Shown: positions 9,507 through 20,240, counted from the first letter of the stretch. The stretch is DNA of 64,000 nt from Deferribacterales bacterium (GCA_050251875.1 JBFWMA010000002.1:64001-128000), one strand, 5' to 3'. A program made the numbers and translations. The notes: generated by a model from the sequence alone, not told the origin.

Positions 9507-9978
9507 ATCTAAATGTGTCCATAGCTGTCTGAACAGCCTCCTCAATGGCGATGTCCCTGTTTCTGGTGGACGTGGGGCTGGATGAGGAGATGTTGTATGT
9601 GGATGAGGCGTACAGGTTTCTGTTATAGATAATTTTACCTGATTTGTCAGATACCTGAATGGACATTATCACAGCCAGATCAACGGTGACCGTGCGTCCG
9701 GATGTCAGTGTTACCGCTCCGGATGATGTCACCTCGGTCAGCGTAAACCTGCCTGTCAGGTCAGAGTTCTCTTTTGTCCCCAGCGAATGGATTGACGCGA
9801 GATATGACTTCACAGCGTTCACAAAAAGCTGTTCCGGCATGATCTCTTTGGAAACGTTGACAATATCGGCGGGATAGAGTGTGAAAGCCGAATCGGCGTC
9901 TTTCAGGGCGATTTTATATCCGCATCCGGAAAGAATCATAACCAGCAGAAAGACAGTCAGTACGGCTTTCATTCTCAT
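9484..9978 (-). CDS. lptE: LptE-like lipoprotein
   Basis: Lipobox LSGC followed by GY; position between leuS and holA. Confidence 0.75.
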   Translation of the reverse strand: MRMKAVLTVFLLVMILSGCGYKIALKDADSAFTLYPADIVNVSKEIMPEQLFVNAVKSYLASIHSLGTKENSDLTGRFTLTEVTSSGAVTLTSGRTVTVDLAVIMSIQVSDKSGKIIYNRNLYASSTYNISSSSPTSTRNRDIAIEEAVQTAMDTFRYEFENRK

Positions 9979-9981
9979 AAT

Positions 9982-12534
9982 CTATTTCACCACGAAGTTA
10001 ACGAGTTTATTGGGCACATATATCTTTTTGATGATCTGTGTGCCGTCAGTGTATTTTGACACATTATCATTGGACAGCGCCAGAGAAAATACGTCTTCCT
10101 GAGACATGTCTCTGGGGATGTCTATCTGACCTCTCAGTTTACCGTTCACCTGAACAGCCACTGTTATTTCATCTTTCTGTGTCATGGACGCGTCGAATTT
10201 CATCCATTCCGCTCTGGATATCAGCCCCTTTTGACCTGTTGTTTCCCACAGTTCCTCGGCGATGTGCGGAGTGAAGGGGGCTATGAGAGTCATGAGAGCC
10301 GTGAGGCATTCTTTGAACAGCGCTTTGTTGCCGTCATTCATTTTTGTTTCGGCGGCGTAGAGGCTGTTGACATATTCCATCAGAGCGGCAACGGCGGTAT
10401 TGAGCTGATAGCGCTCGATATCCTCTGTCACTTTCTTGATGGTGGAGTGCATGGCGAACAGCAGTTCTTTTGTCAGCTCGTCCTCGGCTTTTGCCGGGAG
10501 AGCGCCCTTGAACAGCTCTATATTGTTGTCTATCAGCCTGAAAACCCTGTTCAGGAATCTGAATGAGCCCTCAACGCCTGAGTCGCTCCATTCCAGCTCT
10601 CTTTCGGGGGGGCTGGCGAAAAGGATGAACAGTCTGGCGGTGTCCGCTCCGTATGTTTCTATGAGTTTATTGGGGTCGATAACGTTCTTTTTGGATTTTG
10701 ACATCTTTTCCACACGACCGATCAGAACGTCTTTACCGCATTTTACGCATTTGCCGTCTTTGGACTCTTCGGGGAAGAGCCAGCCGTGCTCGGGGCATTT
10801 ATATGTCTCTTTACAGACCATACCCTGTGTGAGCAGTCTGTTAAAAGGTTCGTCTATGTCTGTGTATCCCAGATCTCTCAGCACTTTTGTATAGAAGCGT
10901 GAGTAGAGCAGGTGAAGGATGGCGTGTTCTATCCCGCCTATGTACTGGTCAACGTTCATCCAGTATTTAGCGTCCTCTTTATTGAAAGGCGCTGTGTCGC
11001 ATTTGGGCGATGTATAGCGCAGGAAGTACCATGATGATTCCATGAAGGTGTCCATGGTGTCAGTTTCACGTCTGGCGGGTTTGCCGCACTTGGGGCATGT
11101 GGTGTTCACGAAAGACTCCACTTTGTCCAGCGGGTTGCCTCTCATAGCGGGGTTGAAATCCACATCGGGGAGTCTTACCGGAAGCTGGTCGAAGGGAACA
11201 GGCACACTGCCGCAACAGTCGCACTGGATAAACGGAATGGGTGATCCCCAGTATCTCTGACGAGATATCTGCCAGTCTCTCAGACGGAAATTCACTGTGC
11301 TTTTACCTATATTGTGAGTGTCCAGAAACTCAACGATGGCTTTTTTCGCCGGCTCGTTGTCCATTCCGGTGAACTGGTCTGAGGCAACGAGTTTCCCGGC
11401 GCCTGTGTAGGCTTCGGTCAGCTCTTCCGCTTTTATCTCTTCTTTCGGCATGATAACTATTTTCAGCTCACAGCCGTATTTTTTAGCGAACTCAAAATCT
11501 CTCTGGTCGTGGGCGGGAACAGCCATTACGGCTCCTGTGCCGTAGTCCATCAGAACAAAGTTAGCTATGAAAACAGGCATCTGGCATCCGGTGACGGGGT
11601 TGATAACGCATCTTCCGGTGTTGATTCCTTTTTTCTCTTTGTCGTCCGCCATTCTGTTTACTTTGTCTTCTTTCAGGATAGAGTCGATGAACTCCAGTCC
11701 TTCTTTCTCGTTTTCGGTGCCTTTCAGAAGATCCTTAGCCATGGGGTGTTCGGGGGCTATGGACATGAACGTGGCGCCGTAGAGGGTGTCGGGTCTGGTG
11801 GTGAAGACGGTTATGGTGTCATTGTTGTGGGAAAAACGGAAATTGATCTCCGCCCCGTATGATTTTCCTATCCAGTTCTGCTGCATTGTCAGAACTTTTG
11901 CGGGCCATCCGTCGAGTTTGCTGGTGAAATCCAGAAGCTCATCGGCGTAATCCGTTATTTTCAGATACCATCCGTCCAGCTCCTTGATGCGCACCTCTTT
12001 TCCGCATCTCCAGCAGGCTCCGTCCTCCACCTGTTCGTTGGCGAGAACCGTGTTGCAGTCATCGCACCAGTTCAGGTGAGATTTCTTTTTATATATGAGT
12101 CCTTTTTCGAACATTTCGATAAAGACTTTCTGTTCCCATTTATAATATTCCGGATCGCATGTGGCTACTTCTCTGTCCCAGTCATATGAAAGACCGAGTT
12201 TTTTGAGCTGTGCTCTCATGTAGTCTATGTTGGATTTTGTCCACACTGCGGGGTGTGTGGAGTTTTCGATGGCGGCGTTTTCCGCCGGAAGACCGAAGGC
12301 GTCCCATCCCATAGGGTGAAGAACGTTGTATCCCTGCATGAATTTATATCTGGATATCACGTCTCCGATGGCATAGTTGCGGACATGACCCATGTGTATC
12401 TTGCCTGAAGGGTAAGGAAACATTTCCAGACAGTAAAATTTCTCTTTATTTGTTTCAGTTTCTACTTTAAAAAGTTTTTTATCTTCCCAGATTTTCTGCC
12501 ATTTACCTTCGACAGCTAAAGGGTTGTATTTCAT
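9982..12534 (-). CDS. leuS: Leucine--tRNA ligase
   Basis: [13 protein letters not shown] and KMSKS motifs, FTTRPDT editing domain. Confidence 0.98.
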   Translation of the reverse strand: MKYNPLAVEGKWQKIWEDKKLFKVETETNKEKFYCLEMFPYPSGKIHMGHVRNYAIGDVISRYKFMQGYNVLHPMGWDAFGLPAENAAIENSTHPAVWTKSNIDYMRAQLKKLGLSYDWDREVATCDPEYYKWEQKVFIEMFEKGLIYKKKSHLNWCDDCNTVLANEQVEDGACWRCGKEVRIKELDGWYLKITDYADELLDFTSKLDGWPAKVLTMQQNWIGKSYGAEINFRFSHNNDTITVFTTRPDTLYGATFMSIAPEHPMAKDLLKGTENEKEGLEFIDSILKEDKVNRMADDKEKKGINTGRCVINPVTGCQMPVFIANFVLMDYGTGAVMAVPAHDQRDFEFAKKYGCELKIVIMPKEEIKAEELTEAYTGAGKLVASDQFTGMDNEPAKKAIVEFLDTHNIGKSTVNFRLRDWQISRQRYWGSPIPFIQCDCCGSVPVPFDQLPVRLPDVDFNPAMRGNPLDKVESFVNTTCPKCGKPARRETDTMDTFMESSWYFLRYTSPKCDTAPFNKEDAKYWMNVDQYIGGIEHAILHLLYSRFYTKVLRDLGYTDIDEPFNRLLTQGMVCKETYKCPEHGWLFPEESKDGKCVKCGKDVLIGRVEKMSKSKKNVIDPNKLIETYGADTARLFILFASPPERELEWSDSGVEGSFRFLNRVFRLIDNNIELFKGALPAKAEDELTKELLFAMHSTIKKVTEDIERYQLNTAVAALMEYVNSLYAAETKMNDGNKALFKECLTALMTLIAPFTPHIAEELWETTGQKGLISRAEWMKFDASMTQKDEITVAVQVNGKLRGQIDIPRDMSQEDVFSLALSNDNVSKYTDGTQIIKKIYVPNKLVNFVVK

Positions 12535-12696
12535 CGGGAGCCTCCATATCAAGGATACAGAAATACCACAAATAGTAGAAATTTATCAAGCAATATAAAA
12601 GAATATATGTTAAGTTTTGACGTGCAAGTAATTTTTATTTCTGATAATTGGAAAAACTGATATATTAGTAATATATAAGATAACGGAACAAAATAT

Positions 12697-14154
12697 ATGA
12701 TTACTGAAAACGGTTTCATTGAGTTAGCGTACTCATTGGTAAGGATAAGAAATCTGGATGAACTTCTGGACACCATGCTCGGAAAAATACGCAGTATTCT
12801 TTCGGCTGATGCAGGAAGTATCTTTATATATGACGATGAGAATGACGAGCTGATTTTCAGCTACACTCAGAACGATTCGGTCTCTCTGCCTTTTAAGCAG
12901 TTCCGCATGAAAGCGGACGAAAAGAGCATCGCCGGGTTCTGCGCCGTGCGCAACAGCCTCATCAGGCTGGACGATGTGTATCATCTCGATCCGAAATTTC
13001 CTTTCAGCTTCAACCACAGCTTTGACGAGATGTCCGGATACCGCACCAAATCCATGCTGGTTTTTCCTATCAACGACATCAACGGCAGGCTCATAGGCAT
13101 ACTCCAGCTCATCAACAAAAGATCTGAAAATGTGAAGATTAACAGCGAGACAGTCCAGCGCGCCGTTACTCCATTCAGCGCCGATGACGAGAACACCGCT
13201 CATTCGCTCAGCGGTATTGTCGGTATGGCACTGGAAAACGCCCTGCTTTACGACAGCATCGAGGCGATGTGGGAAGGATTCATACAGGCATGCATGACGG
13301 CGATCGACTCCAGAGACCCGGTGACAGGCGGGCACAGCGCCCGTGTGACAGGCTATACCATGGCTCTGGCGGAGGCTATGAGCGATGATGACGAGGCGTT
13401 TCCAGAGTTCAAGCTGACTCCGGTTCAGCTCAGATCGCTTAAATATTCCTGCATGCTTCATGACTTCGGAAAGCTGGTAATCAGCGAAAATGTGCTTCAG
13501 AAAGCCGATAAGCTGTATCCAGGCATGCTTGACGTTATCAAGTTCCGCTTCGGAATGGCGAAATCAGTGGCGCTCATGCACAACGACCAGAAGACGGCGG
13601 ACGAGCTGAACAGGCTTCTGGCGATAGTTATTAAAGCCAATATCCCCACTGTGCTGGATGAGGACGCCGCCATCGGTCTTGATAAATGCGTGAACTACTC
13701 ATTCACCGATCTGGAGGGGAACGAACACACCCTTCTGACTCCTAAAGAATACGAATATCTGAGCATCAAGCGGGGTTCTCTGACGAAAGACGAGAGAGAG
13801 ATTGTTGAGAGCCATGTTCGCCATACATATGAGTTTCTGGTAAAAATTCCGTGGACGGCGGATCTGCGGGCTGTTCCCGCCACAGCCGCCATGCACCATG
13901 AAAAGCTGAACGGCTCCGGCTATCCTTTCGGTCTGGAGGGTGACAGCATATACATTCAGGGCAGGGTTATGGCTATCGCCGATATATATGACGCCCTGAC
14001 TGCTCACGACAGACCATATAAAAAGCCGATGCCGATTGAAAAAGCCTGTGATATACTGGTTGATGAAGCGGAAAGAAATTTTCTGGATACAAGAATTGTC
14101 CGGTTCTTTATAGACAAAGAAATATACAAGTGCCTTGATAGGAGGGACAGTTGA
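12697..14154 (+). CDS. GAF + HD-GYP cyclic dinucleotide phosphodiesterase
   Basis: GAF (FDEMSGYRTKSML, QLINK); HDFGK, HHEKLNGSGYP and RPYKK motifs. Confidence 0.9.
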   Translation: MITENGFIELAYSLVRIRNLDELLDTMLGKIRSILSADAGSIFIYDDENDELIFSYTQNDSVSLPFKQFRMKADEKSIAGFCAVRNSLIRLDDVYHLDPKFPFSFNHSFDEMSGYRTKSMLVFPINDINGRLIGILQLINKRSENVKINSETVQRAVTPFSADDENTAHSLSGIVGMALENALLYDSIEAMWEGFIQACMTAIDSRDPVTGGHSARVTGYTMALAEAMSDDDEAFPEFKLTPVQLRSLKYSCMLHDFGKLVISENVLQKADKLYPGMLDVIKFRFGMAKSVALMHNDQKTADELNRLLAIVIKANIPTVLDEDAAIGLDKCVNYSFTDLEGNEHTLLTPKEYEYLSIKRGSLTKDEREIVESHVRHTYEFLVKIPWTADLRAVPATAAMHHEKLNGSGYPFGLEGDSIYIQGRVMAIADIYDALTAHDRPYKKPMPIEKACDILVDEAERNFLDTRIVRFFIDKEIYKCLDRRDS

Positions 14155-14504
14155 AAACATTGCTTGTCGTTGATGATGACGAGAGTATCAGATTACTTTT
14201 AAGAGATGAATTTTGTGACAACGGGTTCAATGTAGTGACCGCAGTTGACGGCGAAGAGGGGTTAGTAGCTTTCAACGAACAGAATGTGGATGTGGTCATA
14301 CTGGATCTGGACATGCCGAAGCTCTCAGGCGAAGAGGTCGCTCTGCAGCTGCAGCAGACGGCGCCTGATAAACCTGTGATAATCTACACAGCCAATCCCG
14401 AAAGGCTGGAACATCAGATCGGCATTAAGTATGACTCTGTGGTCTTGAAATCCTGTGATCTTCAGGAGCTCGTGGAAAAGGTGAAAGAGCTGAGTAATGT
14501 TTGA
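14151..14504 (+). CDS. Single-domain response regulator
   Basis: VVDDD, ILDLDMP, conserved T and K; TTG start after a GGAGG site. Confidence 0.88.
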   Translation: MKTLLVVDDDESIRLLLRDEFCDNGFNVVTAVDGEEGLVAFNEQNVDVVILDLDMPKLSGEEVALQLQQTAPDKPVIIYTANPERLEHQIGIKYDSVVLKSCDLQELVEKVKELSNV

Positions 14505-15252
14505 TGTTTCGCTATACGAAAAGCACAGAGGGAAAAAAGACGGTATAACGGTTCTGGATTCGATAGATTCAACAAATGCCTATGCGGTCATGAACAGCCT
14601 GCCCCCGTTTTCCTGCGTCACAGCCGAGACACAGACAGCCGGAAGAGGCAGAAGCGGGCGGAAATGGCACTCTTCTAAAGGCGAAAACCTGTATTTTTCT
14701 ATAGTTCTCCACGGGTTGGATGTTCCGAAACTGCTTCCGATGAACATATTCGCCGGGTATATTCTGGCGGATACTCTGAGTCCTTATGCTGATGTGAAGG
14801 TTAAGTGGCCAAACGATCTGACCGTGAACGGCAGAAAGATGGCGGGGATACTGATGGAGACATCTTTTTCCGGCGGTGTTCTGGAGAAGGCTGTTCTGGG
14901 GATCGGGCTTAATGTGAACACAACGGATTTTCCCGAAGAGATAAAAGATATCGCTACTTCTCTGAAAAGAGAGACAGGACAGACATTCAGCAGGGAGGAA
15001 GTTCTGGCTTCGTTTATGAATAATCTGGAAAGCAGATATGATGATTTCTTAAACGGCAGTGTGGATATCGCAAAACTTTGGTCTTTTTATTCCGCTTTTC
15101 TTGACAAAAAGATAAGTATACATAAAGATGGTGTCAAAACAATTTATACCGAAAAAGGTATAGACGGTTTCGGCTGTCTGAGGGCGGTGAACGCCGAAGG
15201 ACGGCTGGAAACTATCGTTACAGGGGACATAGGGTATGATATTTGCCGTTGA
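14497..15252 (+). CDS. birA: Biotin--protein ligase (no HTH domain)
   Basis: DSTN, QTAGRGRSGR, KWPND and GIGLNVN motifs. Confidence 0.94.
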   Translation: MFDVSLYEKHRGKKDGITVLDSIDSTNAYAVMNSLPPFSCVTAETQTAGRGRSGRKWHSSKGENLYFSIVLHGLDVPKLLPMNIFAGYILADTLSPYADVKVKWPNDLTVNGRKMAGILMETSFSGGVLEKAVLGIGLNVNTTDFPEEIKDIATSLKRETGQTFSREEVLASFMNNLESRYDDFLNGSVDIAKLWSFYSAFLDKKISIHKDGVKTIYTEKGIDGFGCLRAVNAEGRLETIVTGDIGYDICR

Positions 15253-16012
15253 TATTGGCAATACCAACGTTGTCATAGGGATTTTTGAAAAGGGCAGCGA
15301 CAACATAATCTGCAATTTCCGGGTACAGTCATCCACCAGCAGAACCACGGATGAGTACGCCGCTATCATAATGAGACTGATGGAGAGCGAGGGTGTGCGC
15401 CCTGAGGATATTTCCGGCGTGATAATCGCCAGCGTTGTTCCCAGGCTGATATTCACCTTCACCAAGTTCGCCAGAAAATATCTGGACAAAGAACCTCTGG
15501 TGATAGCACCCGGGGTTAAGACCGGCATCTCCATAAAAATGGAAAACCCGAAAGAAGTGGGAGCGGACAGGATTGTCAACGCTGTGGCGGCTAAGGTCAA
15601 ATGCGGCTTTCCGTCTATAGTTGTTGATTTCGGCACTGCCACTACTTTTGACGTGATAAACACCGAAGGAAACTATATCGGAGGCGTTATCTGCCCCGGT
15701 ATAAAACTGTCCAGCCAGATTCTGCACTCCAACACGGCTAAACTGCCGGAGGTGGAGATAGAAAAAGTGGACACCATAATAGGCAAAAACACCATCCACT
15801 CTATCCAGTCCGGAATATATTTCGGCTATCTGGAGATGGTGGACGGTATTATAAAGAGAATACTGGACGAGGAATTCAACGGAGAGGTGATCCCCGTGAT
15901 TTCCACAGGCGGGCTTGGCAGTGTGTTTGCCGGAGAAAGCAGGTACATAGCCAGATATGAACCAAACCTTACTTTGGAAGGTCTTAAAATTATATATGAA
16001 AAAAATTTATAA
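15236..16012 (+). CDS. coaX: Type III pantothenate kinase
   Basis: VDIGNTN, GADR, VDFGTATT and TGG motifs. Confidence 0.95.
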   Translation: MIFAVDIGNTNVVIGIFEKGSDNIICNFRVQSSTSRTTDEYAAIIMRLMESEGVRPEDISGVIIASVVPRLIFTFTKFARKYLDKEPLVIAPGVKTGISIKMENPKEVGADRIVNAVAAKVKCGFPSIVVDFGTATTFDVINTEGNYIGGVICPGIKLSSQILHSNTAKLPEVEIEKVDTIIGKNTIHSIQSGIYFGYLEMVDGIIKRILDEEFNGEVIPVISTGGLGSVFAGESRYIARYEPNLTLEGLKIIYEKNL

Positions 16013-16042
16013 CGGCTTTATTGGACAGCTGGGGCGGGTGAA

Positions 16043-16996
16043 ATGAGTAAACTTGGCGAGCTTCTCAGAAAAACCAGAGAGGAGAGAGGACTCTCCCCTG
16101 ACAAGGTCACGGAGGATATCAGACTCAGCGCTGATATCATTGAGCAGTTGGAGGATGGCGGATTTACCGAACTGCCGTCTTATAACCACGCTAAAAACTT
16201 TGTGAAGAACTATGCCAGATATCTGGGGCTTAATATCGAAGAGATTCAGGCTATGCTGGCTGAGGAATGCACAAAAGAGAATTTTACGCATGAGCCTATC
16301 ACAGTGGCGACTGAAGAGCCTCTGGAAGATATAGTTAAGAATGATTCCGTGGGGATATCTAAGTTTTTCCTCATAGGAATACTCTTCATTCTGATAATAG
16401 CCATCGGCGGATATCTGATAGCCACATCCGGCAGCCACAAGACGAAACCCACCGAAGAGAAAACATCCGAACAGGTTCAGCCGCAGACGGAAACTCCCCA
16501 GACTGCCGAAGCGGAAGACAATGAGTTCAACACTGTAGACAAAAAAATAGTGGAAGAGACCATCAGCTCCGTGAACGAAGAGGAGCCGGCGCCTCAGTCT
16601 GAAGACGGCGTGGCGGCCGACAAGGCTCTGACCGGAAAGGACAAAGATAAAACCGCTCCGGCGGCAGATGAAAAAACAGCGGACAAAAAAGAAGAGAAGG
16701 CGGTTGTTCTGCCCAAAGGCATGAAAAAAGCTGTGCTTAACTTTTCTGACGTCTGCTGGGTGCATATGAAATCCGACACTGGCGAAGAGATGGATTTCAT
16801 CGCTGACAAATCAACCCATAAAGATGTTATCTTCAAGGACTATTTCGTTCTGGACATAGGCAACGCCGCGGTAACATCCGTATCATACAACGGCAGGACA
16901 ATAGCCGGGCTGGGCGGATACAAACAGCCGGCAAAAGGTCTGAAATTCGAGCCCAACCCCGAAAACGGGTCTCTGAAATATTCAACATTAAAATAA
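16043..16996 (+). CDS. rodZ: RodZ-like protein (HTH_25, TM, DUF4115)
   Basis: LGELLRKTREERG and FVKNYARYLGL HTH, single TM, acidic linker, IGNAA C-terminal domain. Confidence 0.82.
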   Translation: MSKLGELLRKTREERGLSPDKVTEDIRLSADIIEQLEDGGFTELPSYNHAKNFVKNYARYLGLNIEEIQAMLAEECTKENFTHEPITVATEEPLEDIVKNDSVGISKFFLIGILFILIIAIGGYLIATSGSHKTKPTEEKTSEQVQPQTETPQTAEAEDNEFNTVDKKIVEETISSVNEEEPAPQSEDGVAADKALTGKDKDKTAPAADEKTADKKEEKAVVLPKGMKKAVLNFSDVCWVHMKSDTGEEMDFIADKSTHKDVIFKDYFVLDIGNAAVTSVSYNGRTIAGLGGYKQPAKGLKFEPNPENGSLKYSTLK

Positions 16997-17051
16997 ACCT
17001 TGCAATATAACGTCAGGGTGCCTATCTTATTAAGACAATAAAGGTGTTTTT

Positions 17052-17861
17052 ATGCGTCATTACTCAGCGGCTGTCTATGCCAACGAAAATCTGCTTTTGA
17101 CAGAGGTGCTTGATAAACTTGAGAACGAATTTCCCATGATGGGGATTAAGGTTTTCGGGAACTCTCTGGCACACACGGCACTGACCACGGCCACAAACGA
17201 GTATGATGTTCTTCCGGCTGGAATGGTGGGCGAGGAGGAGATTCTTCTCGTTCTGTCCGACCCGAAAGACGATCTGGAAGTTCTGAAAGATTTTGACGGA
17301 GACATAGTCGATTTCACAGGAACTTTTACATCTGACGAGGTATACCGCATAGAGGAGCCTCTGGCATATCTGATTAACGCTATGAAGACCAGACCCGAAG
17401 AGATGGACGCTGTGGCATATGTCCCCGCGGCTGTCTTCGGAAAGAACGGAATAGACGATATGATCAACCAGACCAGAGAGCTTTTCACGTTCACGAATAA
17501 CGAGAACAAGGTTTTTGACGAGAGGCTCGCATTTAACATGTTCTTTTCAGACAGAGAAGAGGGCATATTGGCGGGGATGAGAAAAAAACTGGAAGCGGAA
17601 ACGGGTGTGGACGCCGACCTGAGGTTAGGCGCTGTGTCGACCGGATTTGTTCTTGACGTATATTTCAAAAAAGATGTAAATAAAGAGTTCGGAAATATTA
17701 CAGATATGGTAGGATTTATCCCCACGATGGCAGATATCTGCTCAAAGCCCCGTCCTGTGCTGCTTTCACGCACGAAGAACAGGGTGAGCATAGCCGGGGA
17801 TTACATCAGCCTGATATGCAGCCAGATAATGGACGCCTTCAAAGACATTACCGGAGAATAG
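17052..17861 (+). CDS. Degenerate aspartate-semialdehyde-dehydrogenase/Usg-like protein
   Basis: Segment FGKNGIDDMINQTRELF...VFDERLAFNMF resembles the Asd/Usg dimerisation domain. No GATGxVG or NPNC motif. Confidence 0.5.
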   Translation: MRHYSAAVYANENLLLTEVLDKLENEFPMMGIKVFGNSLAHTALTTATNEYDVLPAGMVGEEEILLVLSDPKDDLEVLKDFDGDIVDFTGTFTSDEVYRIEEPLAYLINAMKTRPEEMDAVAYVPAAVFGKNGIDDMINQTRELFTFTNNENKVFDERLAFNMFFSDREEGILAGMRKKLEAETGVDADLRLGAVSTGFVLDVYFKKDVNKEFGNITDMVGFIPTMADICSKPRPVLLSRTKNRVSIAGDYISLICSQIMDAFKDITGE

Positions 17862-17864
17862 ATT

Positions 17865-19046
17865 ATGATATACCTTGATAACGTAGCAGGAACAAAGCCG
17901 GACGCAAAAGTTGTTGAAAAGATGATGCCTTACTTCACAGAGCATTACGGCAACCCGAGCGCCCATTTCTACCCCATCGGCAGGGAGGCTTTCGAGGCTA
18001 TGGAGAGAGCAAGGGGACAGGTAGCGTCATTCGTTGGCGCTAAGGCGGAAGAGATAGTCTTCACCTCATGCGGAACAGAATCCAACAACCTCGCTATAAA
18101 AGGTCTGCTGAAAAACCCCATGAACAAGGGCAAGCACATCATCATCAGCGAGATCGAGCATTTCTCCGTTGATTCCGTGACAGCCAAGCTCAGAAATGAC
18201 GGCTATGAGATTACAAAACTGAAAGTTGACGACAACGGGCTTGTGAATCCCGATGATCTGAAAAAAGCTATAAAGAAAGATACGGCTCTGGTCTCTATCC
18301 AGCATACCAACCCCGAGATCGGTACTATCCAGTACACCGACAAACTGGGAGCTATATGCAGAGAGAGCGGAGTGACATTTCATGTGGACGCTGTGGCGGC
18401 AGCCGGATACAGCGAGCTGAACGTGAAAGATCTTAACTGCGATCTGATGTCTATCGCCTCACAGAACTTTTTCGGACCGAAAGGCGCCGGAGCACTGTAT
18501 ATCCGTGAGGGCGTGAAACTCTCCGGAATAATGGACGGCGGACATCAGGAAAGAGGCTACAGAAGCGGCACAGAAAACGTTCCCGCTATAGTGGGAATGG
18601 GCGAGGCGGCTGAGATAGCCCAAAACGATATGAAAGTATATGTACCCGAAATGGTAAGACTCCAGAAGAAACTCTGGGACGGGCTGGGCGGAATGTTCGA
18701 CTTCCTGCATTTCACAGGAGACAAGGACAGACGCAGACCCGGACACGTCAGCTTCTGGATTGAATACATCGAGGGCGAGTCTCTGCTTATGTGGCTCTCT
18801 CTCAAAGGCATTGCATGCGCCAGCGGTTCAGCCTGTTCGTCCAACATTCTCGCTGAGGATGAGGAAGATCTGGCGGCTTCATATGTTCTGACCGCTGTAG
18901 GCGTGCCCAGCGACATCTGCGCAGGGTCACTGGGAATGTCCATGTCGAAATACAACACCGAAGGCGATATAGATAAGGTTCTTGAGGTTATGCCCGAGAC
19001 AGTTACACGACTTTGCGAAATGTCGCCAATGTACAACAGAAAATAA
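17865..19046 (+). CDS. iscS: IscS/NifS-family cysteine desulfurase homolog with the PLP lysine replaced by Asn
   Basis: YLDN, GNPS, FTSCGTESNN, HVDA, RSGTENVP and SGSAC present; SQNFFGPKG replaces SxHKxxGPKG. Confidence 0.9.
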   Translation: MIYLDNVAGTKPDAKVVEKMMPYFTEHYGNPSAHFYPIGREAFEAMERARGQVASFVGAKAEEIVFTSCGTESNNLAIKGLLKNPMNKGKHIIISEIEHFSVDSVTAKLRNDGYEITKLKVDDNGLVNPDDLKKAIKKDTALVSIQHTNPEIGTIQYTDKLGAICRESGVTFHVDAVAAAGYSELNVKDLNCDLMSIASQNFFGPKGAGALYIREGVKLSGIMDGGHQERGYRSGTENVPAIVGMGEAAEIAQNDMKVYVPEMVRLQKKLWDGLGGMFDFLHFTGDKDRRRPGHVSFWIEYIEGESLLMWLSLKGIACASGSACSSNILAEDEEDLAASYVLTAVGVPSDICAGSLGMSMSKYNTEGDIDKVLEVMPETVTRLCEMSPMYNRK

Positions 19047-19068
19047 GGTTTTCTACAGGAGGATAGCT

Positions 19069-19500
19069 ATGGCTAAAGGACCATACAGCGACAAAGTTAT
19101 GGATCACTTCATGAACCCCAGAAACATGGGCGAGATAGCTGACGCAAACGGCATCGGCGAAGTGGGCAACCCCGCATGCGGCGATGTTATGAAAATATTT
19201 CTCAAAATAAACGATGATCAGGTAGTGGAAGACGTAAAATTTAAAACTTTCGGCTGCGGCGCTGCCATCGCTTCCAGCTCCATGGCGACAGAGCTTATGA
19301 TCGGCAAAAAGGTTGAGGAGCTTCTCGCTCTCACAAACCAGGCTATCGTAGAAGCTCTGGACGGACTTCCCCCCGCGAAGATCCACTGCTCTGTAATGGC
19401 TGAAGAAGCTATTGAAGAAGCTCTGAAAAACTACTTCAAAGAGAAAGGTCAGGATCCCGCCATCGTTGACGAAATGAAAGCTAAGATCAGAAAGAATTAA
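19069..19500 (+). CDS. iscU: Fe-S scaffold IscU/NifU N-terminal domain
   Basis: YSDKVMDHFMNPRN, PACGD, FGCG and KIHCS. AGGAGG RBS before the ATG at 19069. Confidence 0.95.
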   Translation: MAKGPYSDKVMDHFMNPRNMGEIADANGIGEVGNPACGDVMKIFLKINDDQVVEDVKFKTFGCGAAIASSSMATELMIGKKVEELLALTNQAIVEALDGLPPAKIHCSVMAEEAIEEALKNYFKEKGQDPAIVDEMKAKIRKN

Positions 19501-19521
19501 TTATATACGGAGGAATCACCA

Positions 19522-19749
19522 ATGAGCCTTAGAGAAAGAGTAGAAGAAGTTCTGGATCAGGTAAGACCCACACTGCAAGCTGACGGCGGAGACATCACTC
19601 TGCTCGATGTATCAGAAGACGGCATCGTAAAAGTTCAGCTCACAGGAGCTTGCGGTTCATGCCCTTTCAGCACAATGACACTGAAACACGGTGTTGAAGC
19701 CAGACTGAAAGATATGATCCCCGAAGTAAAAGAAGTCCTTTCTATATAA
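19522..19749 (+). CDS. NifU C-terminal domain / NfuA-like Fe-S carrier
   Basis: [10 protein letters not shown] and GACGSCP motifs; GGAGG RBS. Confidence 0.93.
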   Translation: MSLRERVEEVLDQVRPTLQADGGDITLLDVSEDGIVKVQLTGACGSCPFSTMTLKHGVEARLKDMIPEVKEVLSI

Positions 19750-19750
19750 C

Positions 19751-19780
19751 AAAAAGGGAGCTTAAAAAGCTCCCTTTTTT
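19751..19780 (+). terminator. Rho-independent terminator
   Basis: aaaaagggagct-taaaa-agctccctttttt hairpin with T tract. Confidence 0.85.
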
Positions 19781-19790
19781 ATTTAAATTA

Positions 19791-19871
19791 TACAGAAACG
19801 CCTACCGACAGTAGGGCGGGGTTTTATACCCCGCCGAAAAATGCACGGCGGCATATAAAATGCCACCCTAC
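19791..19871. repeat. GTAG-family REP doublet (REPIN-like) with flanking arm
   Basis: GTAGGGCGGGGTTTTATACCCCGCC at 19811-19835 and an inverted variant ending CCCTAC at 19871. Confidence 0.8.
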
Positions 19872-19900
19872 TTAATTCAGAAAAATATTTCAAAGAATAA

Positions 19901-20209
19901 CGGACTTCATCCGTGAAGTCGATTATTTTTGCAAAAATTCATCCGTCCATGGAGAATTTTTGATACCGTTCCACTCAGGCTAAGCCTTCGTTTCACTTAC
20001 GTTCCGTTCATTCATCCAAACAAGTTTGTATTCATTCACTCCACGAACTTCATCCGTGAAGTCGATTATTTTTGCAAAAATTCATCCGTCCATGGAGAAT
20101 TTTTGATACCGTTCCACTCGGAGTAATCCTCGTTTCACTTACGTTCCGTTCATTCATCCAAACAAGTTTGTATTCATTCACTCCACGGACTTCATCCATG
20201 AAGTCGATT
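19901..20209 (-). repeat. Tandem multi-hairpin repeat, 143/142-bp period (about 2.15 units)
   Basis: cttcatcc(g/a)tgaagtcgatt begins at 19905, 20048 and 20190; the units are near-identical. Confidence 0.92.
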
Positions 20210-20211
20210 TT

Positions 20212-20240
20212 CGTCATTGCGAGCGAAGCGTCGCAATCTC
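20212..20240 (+). repeat. CGTC-type REP-like palindrome
   Basis: cgtcattgcgagcgaagcgtcgcaatctc: CGTC end followed by an attgcga/tcgcaat stem. Confidence 0.55.

Noticed and set aside
19901..20209. Tandem repeat as a CRISPR array
   Set aside because: Whole 143-bp units are near-identical with no unique spacers, and no cas genes are in the window.
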